A stretch of 64,000 nucleotides of DNA from an uncultured archaeon (GTDB lineage: Archaea > Thermoproteota > EX4484-205 > JAAOZP01): the NCBI GenBank assembly GCA_938045545.1, contig CALIBN010000006.1, forward strand, positions 62,246 to 126,245. The letters run 5' to 3'. Positions within the stretch are counted from its first letter, which is position 1. Every line of letters starts with the position of its first letter. A program made the translations under genes and the position numbers. Positions 1 to 10,795 of this stretch are shown in pieces. The notes below the pieces were generated by a model that worked only from the letters and a program-made list of their open reading frames with translations, did not search any database and was not told where the DNA came from.

Positions 1-1233
1 CACTAGGAAAGGTGTTCCAGCTAAAAGGATGCTGAAAACAGAGTAGAAAACAACGGCGAAGCTGAAGGTCGCTATAAAGTAGGCTACGAGCATGCCTTTC
101 ACGTATCTCCGAAACCCTTTTTCCGAGACCGCTACCGTCCAGAGTGTTTCACGCTCAATTATTCCCCAGTTTATCGAGAAGATCGCCGGGATTAAAGGGG
201 TGTAGAGTATGCTGAAGGTTAAGGCTGCCAGCGCGAAGAATCTAAACTGCCTAACTAGAATCGGGAAGCTTAAATTGGCGAGTGTAGCGATTGCGAAGAG
301 CATAATGGCCGTGAAAAGACTGCCATCCCTCAATATCCTCAGGAGGTTCAGCTTAACGACTAAAGCCGTCGGCTTCTCACTCATTTTAGGCGAAAGTATC
401 TGTGTGAAAGTCCTTGGAACCCATCTAAGTATTCTACGGTTGCTCGAAGGCATCTCCATTAACGCCGTTGTGAGAAGAGGAGTAACATTAGGAAGGAAAT
501 TGATCCTCATCACAGCGGAGTAGGAGCCCAAAATCAAAATCAAGTAGGCAAACCATATGGCTGTTTCCAGGGTTCCTAAAGAGCCTAAAGAGAATTTGGC
601 CAGCAGGGTTGAAGGATAAGGCAGGTCGGAGTAGTTCACATCCAGTCCCATTGCCATGCTTACCAGAGGCATGAAGAGTGTGAGAAGGATAACCCATCCA
701 GCTGCCTCGACGCCAACTTCTTTCACGATACTCTTCAGAACCCCCAGTATCTGGGCTATTGTTGAAGAGGAAAAAAGCATCATCTCATAGGATAGAAAGA
801 CAGCGGGCAGAGCGTTTAAACGAGGATAGAGCATCACGGCCATGAAGGAAATTAACGGCGGAGTGACGGCGAAGTTTAGGAAGAAGAATTGGAAAAGCAG
901 GTCTGCCACAAGATATGTTGAAGGCCTTATGGGTGATGTTAAGACAAAGTCTATTTCCGGTTCAAGTGCCGTTATTCCTCCTTTAAGACCTAAGAAGACG
1001 CCCATGGCGATCACGCTTGAAAAAGTTATCGATATTACGTTGACAAGCTCCCTCTCGCTCATCTCGGAGAAACCATAGACCCCTCTTATGAAAAACCCGC
1101 TGAAAAGAGACGAGAAAACAATGACGAAGTAAAACATGACTGTGGAGAACTTTACTGAGGGACTTCTCCTTAACGGTCCATAATACTGGAGAAGCTTGAA
1201 AAAGAATATTTGCAGAACCCTAGAGCCTCCCAC
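1..1233 (-). CDS. ABC exporter permease (multi-TM), runs off the window edge
   Basis: Not in the ORF track. GTG at 1233 after GGAATAGAGG overlaps the ATPase stop. Translation MGGSRVLQIFFFKLLQYYGPL...ITALEPEIDFVLTSPIRPSTYLVADLLFQ is hydrophobic, and the same frame reads ...ILLAGTPFLV at base 1. Confidence 0.75.
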   Translation of the reverse strand, partial: MGGSRVLQIFFFKLLQYYGPLRRSPSVKFSTVMFYFVIVFSSLFSGFFIRGVYGFSEMSERELVNVISITFSSVIAMGVFLGLKGGITALEPEIDFVLTSPIRPSTYLVADLLFQFFFLNFAVTPPLISFMAVMLYPRLNALPAVFLSYEMMLFSSSTIAQILGVLKSIVKEVGVEAAGWVILLTLFMPLVSMAMGLDVNYSDLPYPSTLLAKFSLGSLGTLETAIWFAYLILILGSYSAVMRINFLPNVTPLLTTALMEMPSSNRRILRWVPRTFTQILSPKMSEKPTALVVKLNLLRILRDGSLFTAIMLFAIATLANLSFPILVRQFRFFALAALTFSILYTPLIPAIFSINWGIIERETLWTVAVSEKGFRRYVKGMLVAYFIATFSFAVVFYSVFSILLAGTPFLV

Positions 1234-1978
1234 CCTCTATTCCCCCGACTATTCTGAAGAAGGCTTCCTCCAACGTCGCCGTGGATTCAAGCCCCACGGT
1301 TTTCTTAAGCCCGTCTATGGAACCGTCGGCGATGCTTCTCCCCCTGTTTATTATTGTGGCGCTGGTGCAGAATCTCTCAGCCATGTCGAGCATATGCGTG
1401 CACACGAGTGCCGCTCCACCGTCGCCGACAATGTTTTTAACAAGGTTTTTCACGAGACGCTGGCCCTCTGGATCCAGGCCGATGAAAGGCTCATCCATTA
1501 TTATGAGCTTAGGCTGATGTATGAATACTGTTGCCAAAGCTAGCCTCTGCTTCAAGCCTTTCGAAAGCTCAAGGATAAACCTGTTTTCATAACCTTTAAG
1601 GTCAAACATGCTTAGAAACTCCTGGACCCTCTTCCTAGTCTCCTCCCCTGGTTCAACCCCCCTGATCCTTGCAATATACCCTAGAAACTCCTTGGGAGTA
1701 AGATAGTCTGGGAGGGAAGGGGCTTCAGGCAAGTATCCAACCAGCCTTTTAAAACCCTCGTCACTGTTAACGTTCCTCCGCATCACGAGTATCCTCCCTT
1801 TATCCGGTTTAAGAAGGCCGACGATGCATTTCACAGTGGTCGTCTTACCGGCGCCGTTTGGGCCTATTAGGCCATGTATAGCTCCTGCGTTAACCCTCAT
1901 AAATAAGCCTGCTACGCCCACTGTTTCCCCATAGCTCTTCCAGAGGTTCTCAACATCGAGCAGAACGTCGTTTTCCAC
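1220..1978 (-). CDS. ABC transporter ATP-binding protein (exporter type)
   Basis: Walker A GPNGAGKTT, signature LSKGLKQR, Walker B IIMDEP, H-loop CTH. Start moved to GTG 1978 (the ORF track gives 2083, overlapping the divergent MFS gene). Confidence 0.92.
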   Translation of the reverse strand: MENDVLLDVENLWKSYGETVGVAGLFMRVNAGAIHGLIGPNGAGKTTTVKCIVGLLKPDKGRILVMRRNVNSDEGFKRLVGYLPEAPSLPDYLTPKEFLGYIARIRGVEPGEETRKRVQEFLSMFDLKGYENRFILELSKGLKQRLALATVFIHQPKLIIMDEPFIGLDPEGQRLVKNLVKNIVGDGGAALVCTHMLDMAERFCTSATIINRGRSIADGSIDGLKKTVGLESTATLEEAFFRIVGGIEGGRL

Positions 1979-2074
1979 GTATTCGTCGCACGCCTGGAGC
2001 AAGACTGCTGAACAGTTTTGAAACAAGCATAGAATTTTTAAGCTTTTAACAATACGGGGAGAGACAATCGAAGC

Positions 2075-3256
2075 ATGAAGCATGGAAGGCTACGGGTTTT
2101 GATATATATGGGGTGGACCCATTCTCTAAACCACGGCCTATTCGTATCGATAGCACCATTGATCCCGATGATTGCTTCAGAGGGATTCGACTACCTTAGC
2201 ATAGGTCTTCTCCTATCCGTCTACCTTCTTTTATACAGCTTCGGTTCTCTGCTCTCAGCACCTCTTCTAAGGCGCGTGGAAGACAGTAGAATCCTGTTCA
2301 CGTCTCTCATGCTCCAAGGCTTGTCCACATTTTTCCTGCTCATGCCCGGTTTAACTGGCTTAAGCCTCTTCATACTATTCTCAGGAGTCTTCGCAAGTCT
2401 TTACCATCCTGTTTCAAACGTTTTCATATTTAACAGGTTCAGGGAAAACGTTAATTTTGCAATGGGGCTGCACGGCACAGGTGGAAACATAGCTCAATTC
2501 ATATTCCCATTGTTTTCTTTCCTGATGGCGGTGAGCCTCGGCTGGAGGATGGCGCTCATCTCAACCGGTTTCATGGTTTCCCTCTCTTCAATACCTTATC
2601 TCGCAACACCCCGTGTTGAGAAAAACGTTTCTGAGATGGGAGGAGACCTACGAGGATTCATCAAAGTTGTTTCACAGAAGTCGCTCATTATTCTAATATT
2701 TTTCTCGCTCCTCTTCGGCCTATATTATAGGGGGATAGAAGTGTTTCTGCCAACCTACTTGAATTCGGAGAAGGGGTTTAGCGGGGAAGCGGGCAGCACT
2801 GCTCTATCAATATTGTTGCTTGCAGGCGCACTCGGCCAGTACTTGGGGGGAGTGGTGGGGGAAAGGTTGAACGAGGAGACAGTCCTCCTCTTAGCATCAG
2901 CATTAGAATTAGGTTCACTCATACTGCTTCAAACAGTTTCCAGCCCCATGCTAGTTATGCTTTCAACTGCTCTTCTCGGGTTTGCATTCTACTCCCACCA
3001 GCCGGCTGCAAACTCGCTCTTAGGAAAAAAGAGCACGGAGGAGTTAAGAGCATACAGTTACAGCGTCTGGTTTTTCCTTGGCTTCATATCCTCCTCACCA
3101 TCCACTTTAACAGTCAGCCTTATCGGCCAGAAATTCGGCTTCACAGTCGCAATACTGGTCTTAAGCATGATCGCCATCCTGCCGCTGGCATTAGCCATCC
3201 ATATTTATCTCGAGACTAGACAACCCGGGGAGAGTGGTGATAAAACCCGTCTATAG
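2075..3256 (+). CDS. MFS transporter
   Basis: 393 aa with about 12 hydrophobic helices; ASLYHP and GLHGTGGN motifs typical of MFS_1/FSR-like permeases. Confidence 0.88.
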   Translation: MKHGRLRVLIYMGWTHSLNHGLFVSIAPLIPMIASEGFDYLSIGLLLSVYLLLYSFGSLLSAPLLRRVEDSRILFTSLMLQGLSTFFLLMPGLTGLSLFILFSGVFASLYHPVSNVFIFNRFRENVNFAMGLHGTGGNIAQFIFPLFSFLMAVSLGWRMALISTGFMVSLSSIPYLATPRVEKNVSEMGGDLRGFIKVVSQKSLIILIFFSLLFGLYYRGIEVFLPTYLNSEKGFSGEAGSTALSILLLAGALGQYLGGVVGERLNEETVLLLASALELGSLILLQTVSSPMLVMLSTALLGFAFYSHQPAANSLLGKKSTEELRAYSYSVWFFLGFISSSPSTLTVSLIGQKFGFTVAILVLSMIAILPLALAIHIYLETRQPGESGDKTRL

Positions 3257-3367
3257 GGGGAACAGGTACGCTCGTTTGTGAAAAGCTTTTCAGCTTTGAA
3301 AAGATTAGCCTAGTTTCCCCGGTTCTAATGTCACAAACGTTTTAAACCAGAGTAAAAATAGTTTTCA

Positions 3368-4591
3368 TCAGAATACATATGGTAAAAATATTAACCCTAC
3401 TATAAGCCCCAAGAGGGCTAGGCTTACAGCGTAAACCATTTTATCAATAGTGCTAATGCTCATCCTGCCGCCGAGCTTTCTCCTACAGAACAGTTTGAAG
3501 ACAACTCCGCCGTCCATCGGGTAAAGGGGAAGCGCATTAAACACTCCCAAGTTCAAGTTTACAAACCAGACCCAGAAGAAAAAGTTCACAGGATAATGAT
3601 AATCCTCACCTAGGAGGAGCGAGACATAATATTTTTGAAGAAGACTTGAAAAAGGTATTGTCTCGTAAACCCATGGAAACGGGACGGTGGGAATCATGAG
3701 GTATGTTACAAAACCTTCGAGAGGCGAGCGTGCGAAAGCCGTAGAATAGTTTTCAAGAACGTCTTTAAGCGGAACCAAGCTGAGTATCCCGCTGGAACTA
3801 ATGTTCTTTCCCAGCGTGAAAGTATAGTTTGAAAAACCGTTGCGCGAAACCCTGAATGTTATGTTTCCCTCAAGCTTGTAAACTTTTCTGACAGCTTCGG
3901 CGAAACTATGCCAGTCAGGCGTCGGCTCACCGTTCACACCTATTATTATGTCTCCAGGCCTCATTCCTTTCTGATAAGCAGTCCCGTTGGCGGAGAGCCC
4001 AACCACCAGTATCCCGTCAACAACCGGCTTTAAAGTAAGCATTAGAAGTATGAAGATGGCCAGCGCTGCTAAAGCTGCAATAACGTTGGAAACAGGCCCT
4101 GCTGATAAGACTCGCCCTGCTTTCTCAAGCCCAGCGTCTTCAAGCTGCTTCTCGTCAACCTCGGCGAAAGCGCCTACAGGTATTATTAGAAACAGCACTA
4201 AGCCAGTGGACTTAACATTCATGCCGTTAGCCTTTGCCTGAGTCCCGTGGGAATACTCGTGTATTACCATAGCTATGATCAGCGCCACCCAACCGTAGAA
4301 AACAGGCAGGTAAGGGTTTACGCCTGGAAGAAGTATGTTGGATGCGGGCCCGAGTTCCCTTAAAACTCTGCTGACGCTGGGGTTGCTCAGCATATTGCTT
4401 ATCGCGTTAAGCAGCAGGTAAACCATTACCGCCCCTAGGAACGGCATTACTACTAGCGAGACGAGCCCCATCTTCCTGGAAAACCCTGTTCCCCCAAGCC
4501 TATCCATCAGCTCCAATCCAACCCTCGTCTTGACTAGGATAAACGGGAATTGGACTTCAACCATGCTCGGCAGGCGTAAGCGCATCAACAA
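3368..4591 (-). CDS. Site-2 protease (M50) with PDZ-like domain
   Basis: HEYSH zinc motif, AGPVSN, NALPLYPMDGG, and a PDZ-like GMRPGDIIIGVNG segment. Confidence 0.93.
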   Translation of the reverse strand: MLMRLRLPSMVEVQFPFILVKTRVGLELMDRLGGTGFSRKMGLVSLVVMPFLGAVMVYLLLNAISNMLSNPSVSRVLRELGPASNILLPGVNPYLPVFYGWVALIIAMVIHEYSHGTQAKANGMNVKSTGLVLFLIIPVGAFAEVDEKQLEDAGLEKAGRVLSAGPVSNVIAALAALAIFILLMLTLKPVVDGILVVGLSANGTAYQKGMRPGDIIIGVNGEPTPDWHSFAEAVRKVYKLEGNITFRVSRNGFSNYTFTLGKNISSSGILSLVPLKDVLENYSTAFARSPLEGFVTYLMIPTVPFPWVYETIPFSSLLQKYYVSLLLGEDYHYPVNFFFWVWFVNLNLGVFNALPLYPMDGGVVFKLFCRRKLGGRMSISTIDKMVYAVSLALLGLIVGLIFLPYVF

Positions 4592-4642
4592 TGTTTCAGC
4601 CGAAGGGCTCTTTTAAACATAGCCCGGTTGAGCGCGGCTCCA

Positions 4643-5170
4643 TTATTGTTTAAAGCCGTCGAAAGAAACTATTTCGCTCAAAGGCTTCCTAGCGTCGGAT
4701 TCTTTAAACTGCTCGCCAGCAGGATACCCTAAAGGGGTTATGGCGACAACATTGTACTCCTCAGGTATTTCGAGCACCTCTTTAACCTTCCCGTTGTCGA
4801 ATGAGCCTATCCAGCATGTTCCGAGGCCCTCAGCCCTAGCCGCAAGGATGAGATGTGTGAAGGCTATTGAAACGTCTACGAGCATGCTCATAGAGCCCAT
4901 GTACCCACCCCTATTCCACCCTATGTCGCGGCCGCACGCAACAATGACCACGGGGGCCTCAGCTATGAAACCCTGGTTGCCGCACGCAGGTACGAGCTTC
5001 CTCTTCAAAGCCTCGTTCTTCACCACTATGAACCTCCAAGGCTGACGGTTTGAACCAGAAGGAGCTATTCTCGCAGCATCCAGAACCCTGGTTAACACGT
5101 CGTCGGGTATGGGATCCGGCTTGTAAGACCTTATGCTCCTCCTAGTTCTCACCACCTCGTAGAAGTCCAT
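4643..5170 (-). CDS. Nitroreductase family protein
   Basis: RRSIRSY, APSGSNRQPWRF and GLGTCWIG motifs. Confidence 0.93.
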   Translation of the reverse strand: MDFYEVVRTRRSIRSYKPDPIPDDVLTRVLDAARIAPSGSNRQPWRFIVVKNEALKRKLVPACGNQGFIAEAPVVIVACGRDIGWNRGGYMGSMSMLVDVSIAFTHLILAARAEGLGTCWIGSFDNGKVKEVLEIPEEYNVVAITPLGYPAGEQFKESDARKPLSEIVSFDGFKQ

Positions 5171-5263
5171 CTTCCTACACCCAATTAGCTTCGCAAAAAG
5201 ATGAATAAAAGTTTTAGCAACGGGCTAACGAGCGAAAGGAATTAAAAAAGAAAGGGTTGTCTA

Positions 5264-6697
5264 TTATCTGGATGGAGGCGGCGGAGGCGGGGGTGGTGGA
5301 AACTCTGCTTTAGGCTTTCTCCTTAAAAGCAGCAACACCAAAACCACAACGACTACTACTACAACAGCCCCTATGATCATGAGCCAGGGGATTTCTGGGG
5401 CGGCTACAGCTCCTTCCTCCTTGCTAACGGTCAGGCTCCCTGTTAAACCGTTAACGTTAATACTATACGTTCCCTCGCCAGTCGGCGTGAAGGTGAAGCT
5501 GACCGTTGTAGACTGGTCTGGGCCTAATGTGCCTGTTTTAGTATCTACAACCTGGTTGTTAATCTTAAGCGTGACCTCGTATGTGCCTGATTCCCCCCCA
5601 GTGTTCTTAACAGTGACGGAGATCGTTGAAGACTGTCCAACCTTGATAGAAATCGGGCTTATATTCAGTCCGCTAACCTCAAACCTTGCTGGAAGAGTTG
5701 CCGAAACAGTTATTGTGACTGTCTGGTCGCCAATCCTGACAACGTACGACCCCTCTGCGGTAAAGGGTAATTTGTAGATTAGACTCTTACTCTCACCAGG
5801 ATTCAGAACAATCAGCCAACTCTTCTTAACCTCTCCGTCCACGGTTATAGTCAGATTATGAACACCCATGGCGTTGCCGGTATTGGAAGCAGTAATCGTG
5901 ATAGTGATTTCCTCGTTAGGCTTTAACCGTGTCTTATCAAGGTTAGCGTTAATCACTACGTTAGGCGTCGGCTGCGGGCTAACCAGCTCAATCGATAAAA
6001 GCTCTGTCTTGACCCATTCGCGCGTCTCAGGCGACTCAGAGTACACGTATACTAAAAGGGTGCCGAAGCTGACAGGGGCGAACCACATTTCCACGATAGT
6101 ACGGTAAACTACCGGTGCATTCGCGAATCCTTCCCACCTCCATTTGTATACTAGAAGCTGGCTTGGGCCGAATGTCCTAGTTTCTGGACCTAAGTAAATA
6201 ATTCTTCCATACCCGAGCTCCCAGTATCCATATACCGTGGTTAGGTTCCATGCTTTCCACAGGATGCCGACCCAAATAACCCAGTAACGCATCATGGAGT
6301 CTCCAATAATCTCAGCATATTGCCCCGTGTAGATTTCTCCGTTAATCTCCACCTGTAGGCATTTGCCTGTCGACTTTGAGATCCACAGAGGTACAGCATT
6401 AGTCTCCCCGTTACTCTTATACTCCCATTCAACTTTCCACGCGGCCTCCCCGCTCACGGTTTCCTCTCCAAGAACCCGGAAGCCTACTTCTCCAGCGACT
6501 CCTTCTTCATCCGAGTAACGGTACCTGACCGACTTAACGTTGTTCAGTATGATCTTCACATCCTCATACGTAGATTCCTGAGCGTAAGACACCATTAGCG
6601 GATTTTGAACCAACAAAAGCATCATCAGGAGGGCGAGGCAGAACGCACTTTTCCGCTTTTCCGAACTACCTAACGGTTTCATTTGGAAAAAAGCCAC
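5264..6697 (-). CDS. Membrane-anchored surface protein with two CARDB/Ig-like domains and a polyproline tail
   Basis: Signal peptide; two repeats of the pattern ITxTxxNTG...G...V.L.I/V.G/N...L.PxxSxxxxF; C-terminal TM, RRK, then PPPPPPPPP. Confidence 0.8.
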   Translation of the reverse strand: MAFFQMKPLGSSEKRKSAFCLALLMMLLLVQNPLMVSYAQESTYEDVKIILNNVKSVRYRYSDEEGVAGEVGFRVLGEETVSGEAAWKVEWEYKSNGETNAVPLWISKSTGKCLQVEINGEIYTGQYAEIIGDSMMRYWVIWVGILWKAWNLTTVYGYWELGYGRIIYLGPETRTFGPSQLLVYKWRWEGFANAPVVYRTIVEMWFAPVSFGTLLVYVYSESPETREWVKTELLSIELVSPQPTPNVVINANLDKTRLKPNEEITITITASNTGNAMGVHNLTITVDGEVKKSWLIVLNPGESKSLIYKLPFTAEGSYVVRIGDQTVTITVSATLPARFEVSGLNISPISIKVGQSSTISVTVKNTGGESGTYEVTLKINNQVVDTKTGTLGPDQSTTVSFTFTPTGEGTYSINVNGLTGSLTVSKEEGAVAAPEIPWLMIIGAVVVVVVVVLVLLLLRRKPKAEFPPPPPPPPPSR

Positions 6698-6856
6698 ATA
6701 TAGAGCTTATAAAGATTTCGACCTTTAAAGGGCTTTTTCCTTAAAAGCACGAGATAACCAGTCACCCTGTCAGCATCATCATTATAATAGAGATCAAGCA
6801 AGTCTTTTATGATCATCACTCCATATAAGGATTACTAACGGGGTTAAAAACACTGG

Positions 6857-7222
6857 TCAGGAGAGTTTCTTTGAACAAGCTTGGCTCATAGGGCAAGTGC
6901 TGCAGGCTTTTCTCTTACAGTACTCTAGGTTCAGCCTGACTAGCTGAGACTCCACTTCTTTAATCCTCTTCACCCTGAGCCTCCGGGCGGTTTCAACAGC
7001 CAGTTTAGAAGGCTCAGGATCCGCCTTGCTCCAGACGCCTCTCAGCTCTCTCAGAAAAATATTGACTCCCGCAGGGCCGATGCCTCGAAACTCTGCGAGT
7101 AGTTCCTCCAGATGCTCGGGAGACCCAGCTTTTTCATGAACCCCGTCTATGCTTCCGAATTTTTCCAAAAGGCTCTTCAAAACGTCCAGCAGGTTCGTAG
7201 CTGTCGAAAAATCATGCCTCAA
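6857..7222 (-). pseudogene. 5'-truncated HhH-GPD (endonuclease III-like) DNA glycosylase family gene
   Basis: HhH motif FRGIGPAGVNIFLRELRGVW and a C-terminal CxxxxCxxCxxxxxC. It starts abruptly at RHDFSTAT, mid-domain, at a 12-bp repeat junction. Confidence 0.65.
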
Positions 7223-7232
7223 AAATCATGCC
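7207..7232. repeat. 12-bp direct repeat AAAAATCATGCC x2 (2-bp spacer) at the junction of two 5'-truncated genes
   Basis: 7207-7218 and 7221-7232 are identical. Confidence 0.85.
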
Positions 7233-9606
7233 GCTACTGAATTTGTAAATTCAATCACAGTACCGGACCAACCTTCTTGGCTTGAAATAAATGTCAAAGC
7301 ATCTGTAGAAAAATTCGTCTCGAAGGATGCCCCTGGATATGCTCCAAACTATGGTTGGATGCTTAAAGATGGAAAAGAAACATCGCCAATATTTTATCTC
7401 ATGTTCTCTAAAGAGGCGATTTTCATTCCTCCCGCAGACTATAAACCTAGACTGAATGTTAAATATTATCCTCCTCATTTGGAGCTTCAGATTTCAAAAG
7501 GGGACATGGAAGCGGGCAGCTGGATCAAAATGTCAGTATTTCGCAAGACTGCTAATGGGGAATCAATAACTTGTGGAAACCTTAAGGTTAAGCTTGATTC
7601 AACATCTACTTCTTCCAATAAGAAATTTGCTTTAACTCCCGGAGGATCTGCGATAACTGAGCTCGTAATACCCGATGGCTCAGATCATAAGGATTTCTAC
7701 TACTACGATGAGAAAGTAGGAACATGGAAAATTAGTGTCTGGACTGAACAATACTCGCCTTACTATGGAGATGAGAAGCTTATCACTGTAAACCCTGGTC
7801 CGCTAGACCACTCACCTTCAACACTATTACATCTCCGAAGACCGTCATGAAACCATTCACTATAACGATTACTGCTTACGACCGTATGGTAACGTTAAAA
7901 ACGATTATACGGGGACGAATTCCCTCTCTGACACCACCGGAACAATAGAGCCAATAATGACGGGTGCTTTTGTAAACGGCAAATGGACCGGCGACGTTGT
8001 TATAAAAAAAGTTGCTAAGAATGTTAGGATTACTACCCGTGGCTCAGGCAAGTCTGGCATAAGCAATAGTTTCGACGTTGAAGCCGGTCCCCCTGATAAG
8101 CTCGTCATAACGCCTTCGAGCTTTACGATGAATGCCGGAGAATTGTAATCCTACCTTAACATTTCCCTCAGGGATGCATATGGTTTCGAGACGATTACTC
8201 CTTCAACCATCACCGTAAGTCTTTCAACATCATCGCCCAAGGGGGAGTTTAGGGATTGTGAAACAGGAGAGAAAATAACGAAGATATACGTATTCGCTGG
8301 CCACGGTTGGAATAAGGTGTGTTATAACGATACGAAGCGCGGAACCTGGGTGATATCGGCCTCAGCCACAGGTTTAACCAGTGGGACAGCGACGGTGACA
8401 GTAATAGCTGATACAATTCCTCCTGTAACGACGATAACGATTGGCTTACCAAAGCATTATGCTGGAAACTATATTTACGTCAATTCTTCAACGAGTTTCT
8501 CTTTATCGACTTCAGATGACATGAGTGGAGTGGAAAAGACGAAGTACAGGGTTGATGAGGATCCATGGAAAGAATACACCAGTAAATTTAATCTTTCAGG
8601 ATATTCTGATGGCGCTCATGAAATAAGGTATTACAGCATTGATAAAGCCGGTAACAGTGAGGCTGAGAAAACGTTGACTGTCATACTGGATAATACTCCT
8701 CCTTCCATTGGAGACCCGTCTCCTACAGGAAGTCTAATTCAGAAAACGAATAGAGTTACCTTCACCGTTACCGTAGAAGACCCTGGTTCGGGAGTTAAAG
8801 AGGTCAGGTTAACTATAGATGGTATTTATCAGGGATTGATGACTAAGCGTGGGAATAACTACACTAGGACAGTGAGCTTGGACGAGGGAGACCATTCATG
8901 GATGGTTGAAGTAGTAGATAACTTGGGCAATTCAGGGATTCAAAATTATTCACTAGAATTAATTGTCGACAACACCCTGCCGACAATATCCGGGTTATAC
9001 GAGTCTTCGCCTGCGTGGGGAGAATCAACTATAGTATCATGCCAAGTTTCTGATGAGGAGTCAGGCGTTAAAGAAGTTTTCCTCTATCATTCAACGGATG
9101 GGACATCTTGGTCTCGAATAGCCATGAACCTCATAGGAAACAGATATTATGCCTCAATACCGTCTCAGCCGCCATTTACAAAAGTTCGGTATTACGTAGA
9201 AGCCTCGGATAACGTTGGAAACATCTCCCAGACGAGCATTTTTGAATATACGGTAGGGCTTCCAACGTGGTTATATATCTTAATTGTACTGATCGCAGTT
9301 TTAGCAATTTCATCTATATTCTTATTAAGGAGAAGGAAAAGGCCAAGGCCCAGCCCAACTCCAAAGGCCCCAGAGCCTAAACCGGAGGAGCCCCCTGTTC
9401 CCCCTCCTGCAGAGGAAGCTCCGCTAGAGCTTCAAGAACCAGTTTCATCGAGAGAAGAGACTAAACTTCCTTCCGAAGAGGAAGAGGCTCCGCATGAGGA
9501 ATCGTACGAACCATCGCCTGGGGAAGCTCCGTCAGAAGAGGAAGAAATGCCTTCCATCTTTGAGGAGGAGCCTCAACAACCTGAAGGGGAAGGCTTAGAA
9601 TCATAG
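7221..9606 (+). pseudogene. Fragmented large surface protein (DNRLRE-like half domain, Ig/Big repeats, C-terminal TM, acidic Pro-rich tail)
   Basis: ORFs 7149-7850, 7957-8148 and 8317-9606 join after single-base frameshifts near 7812 and 7883 and a TAA at 8146. Motifs WLEINV...NYGWMLKD...FSKE...KPRLNVKY and DTIPP/DNTPP...YYSIDKAGN. No 5' end or signal peptide. Confidence 0.75.
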
Positions 9607-9771
9607 GAATATATCGCAGCCTCCCTGTTGGAGAGCCTCGGCCATTCGATCTTGAGAAGAGGAAACCTGTGGTTGTTGGAGGAATCAAAAATAGCGGAGA
9701 TAGACATCGTTGCCAAGGATTCTGATGGAAACGTTTTTGCAGTGGAGGTTAAGTAGGGAAAAGCCACTGTA
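9589..9771 (+). pseudogene. Degenerate N-terminal fragment of a PD-(D/E)XK nuclease paralogous to 11996..12685
   Basis: EGLES*EYIAASLLESLG..[EKRKPVVVGGIK]IAEIDIVAKDSDGNVFAVEVK*GKATV aligns with KGLDAEDVATSILEKLG..EKRKPIVVGGVKVAEIDLMARDQEGDVLAVEVKSGKASV. Confidence 0.8.
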
Positions 9772-9844
9772 TTCAAAACCTATTTCAACCGGCCGAATGT
9801 CAGAATCCTTACCCATTGCTAAGGCGACAATATTCTCTAACTCT

Positions 9845-10795
9845 TTAACCTTTCGCTGAAGCTTGTGAACACTGTTTTTTCAACGCTGCTTGTCTCGCTT
9901 CAGAAGCCCGCTTAAAATATTCCTCCCTGGTTTCCAGGCTGAACTCTTCGATAACGTTTCCCACGGTAGTCTCCTCGGCTTCGCAAGACATGAGGAACAC
10001 TGCTTCCGGACGAGCCACTTCGAAACGGATCTTTGAACCATACTTCTCTTTTATCCGATCCATTTTTTCCCAGTTGTAGTCCAGATGCAGAACCTCGTAA
10101 TCCAGGTTTATCTCGCAGGATATAACCGGCTGGTAGCTGCTGGAAACAGCTAGAACCCTGCCCAAGGGGTTTATAATCATGCTTCCTCTGTCGTCAGCTA
10201 TTGAGGAAACCATGTAGACACCATGGTTAAAAGCCCATGTCTTCAACTGTAGTCCACCAGGATACATGGATGGGAAGAAAACGATCTTAACCCGGTTGTC
10301 GGCCAAGCCTTTAATAACGTCTTCGAAATTCAGGTCGAAACATATTGCCACGCCGATTTTCCCAAGCTCCAGATCGAACACCTTAGCCTCAACCCCCGGC
10401 GTAACGCCCGCTTCAATCTCCCATATCGTAGGGTGAATCTTATCATAGCTTCCAACATACTCCCCGTCTCTGCCTATTAAAACAGCCGAGTTGTAAACTT
10501 TACTGCCATCCCTCCGCATCATGGGGAAGACTATGTGAACCCTGTTCCGCCTGGCGAAGGACGATACTCTTGTGAAGATTGCTCCCGGGATTTCCTCAGC
10601 GTTCCTCACCATCTCCTCCAAGCTTAACCCTAGAAAAGGCGAGCACTCAGGAAGGCAAATTACATCAGGCTTATCGAAAACGGCTCTGTTTAAAAGCCTC
10701 AGTATTTCCTTAACATTGTCCTCTATCGTTTCGCTGACTGTTTCACCCCTGATTCCTCTAAAAGTTACAGTGGCTACGCGAACATTCTTGGCCAA
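9845..10795 (-). CDS. Carbon-nitrogen hydrolase (nitrilase superfamily)
   Basis: Catalytic triad motifs LPEC, YDKIHP and ICFDLNF. Probable TTG start at 10795 (track gives 10819). Confidence 0.9.
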   Translation of the reverse strand: MAKNVRVATVTFRGIRGETVSETIEDNVKEILRLLNRAVFDKPDVICLPECSPFLGLSLEEMVRNAEEIPGAIFTRVSSFARRNRVHIVFPMMRRDGSKVYNSAVLIGRDGEYVGSYDKIHPTIWEIEAGVTPGVEAKVFDLELGKIGVAICFDLNFEDVIKGLADNRVKIVFFPSMYPGGLQLKTWAFNHGVYMVSSIADDRGSMIINPLGRVLAVSSSYQPVISCEINLDYEVLHLDYNWEKMDRIKEKYGSKIRFEVARPEAVFLMSCEAEETTVGNVIEEFSLETREEYFKRASEARQAALKKQCSQASAKG

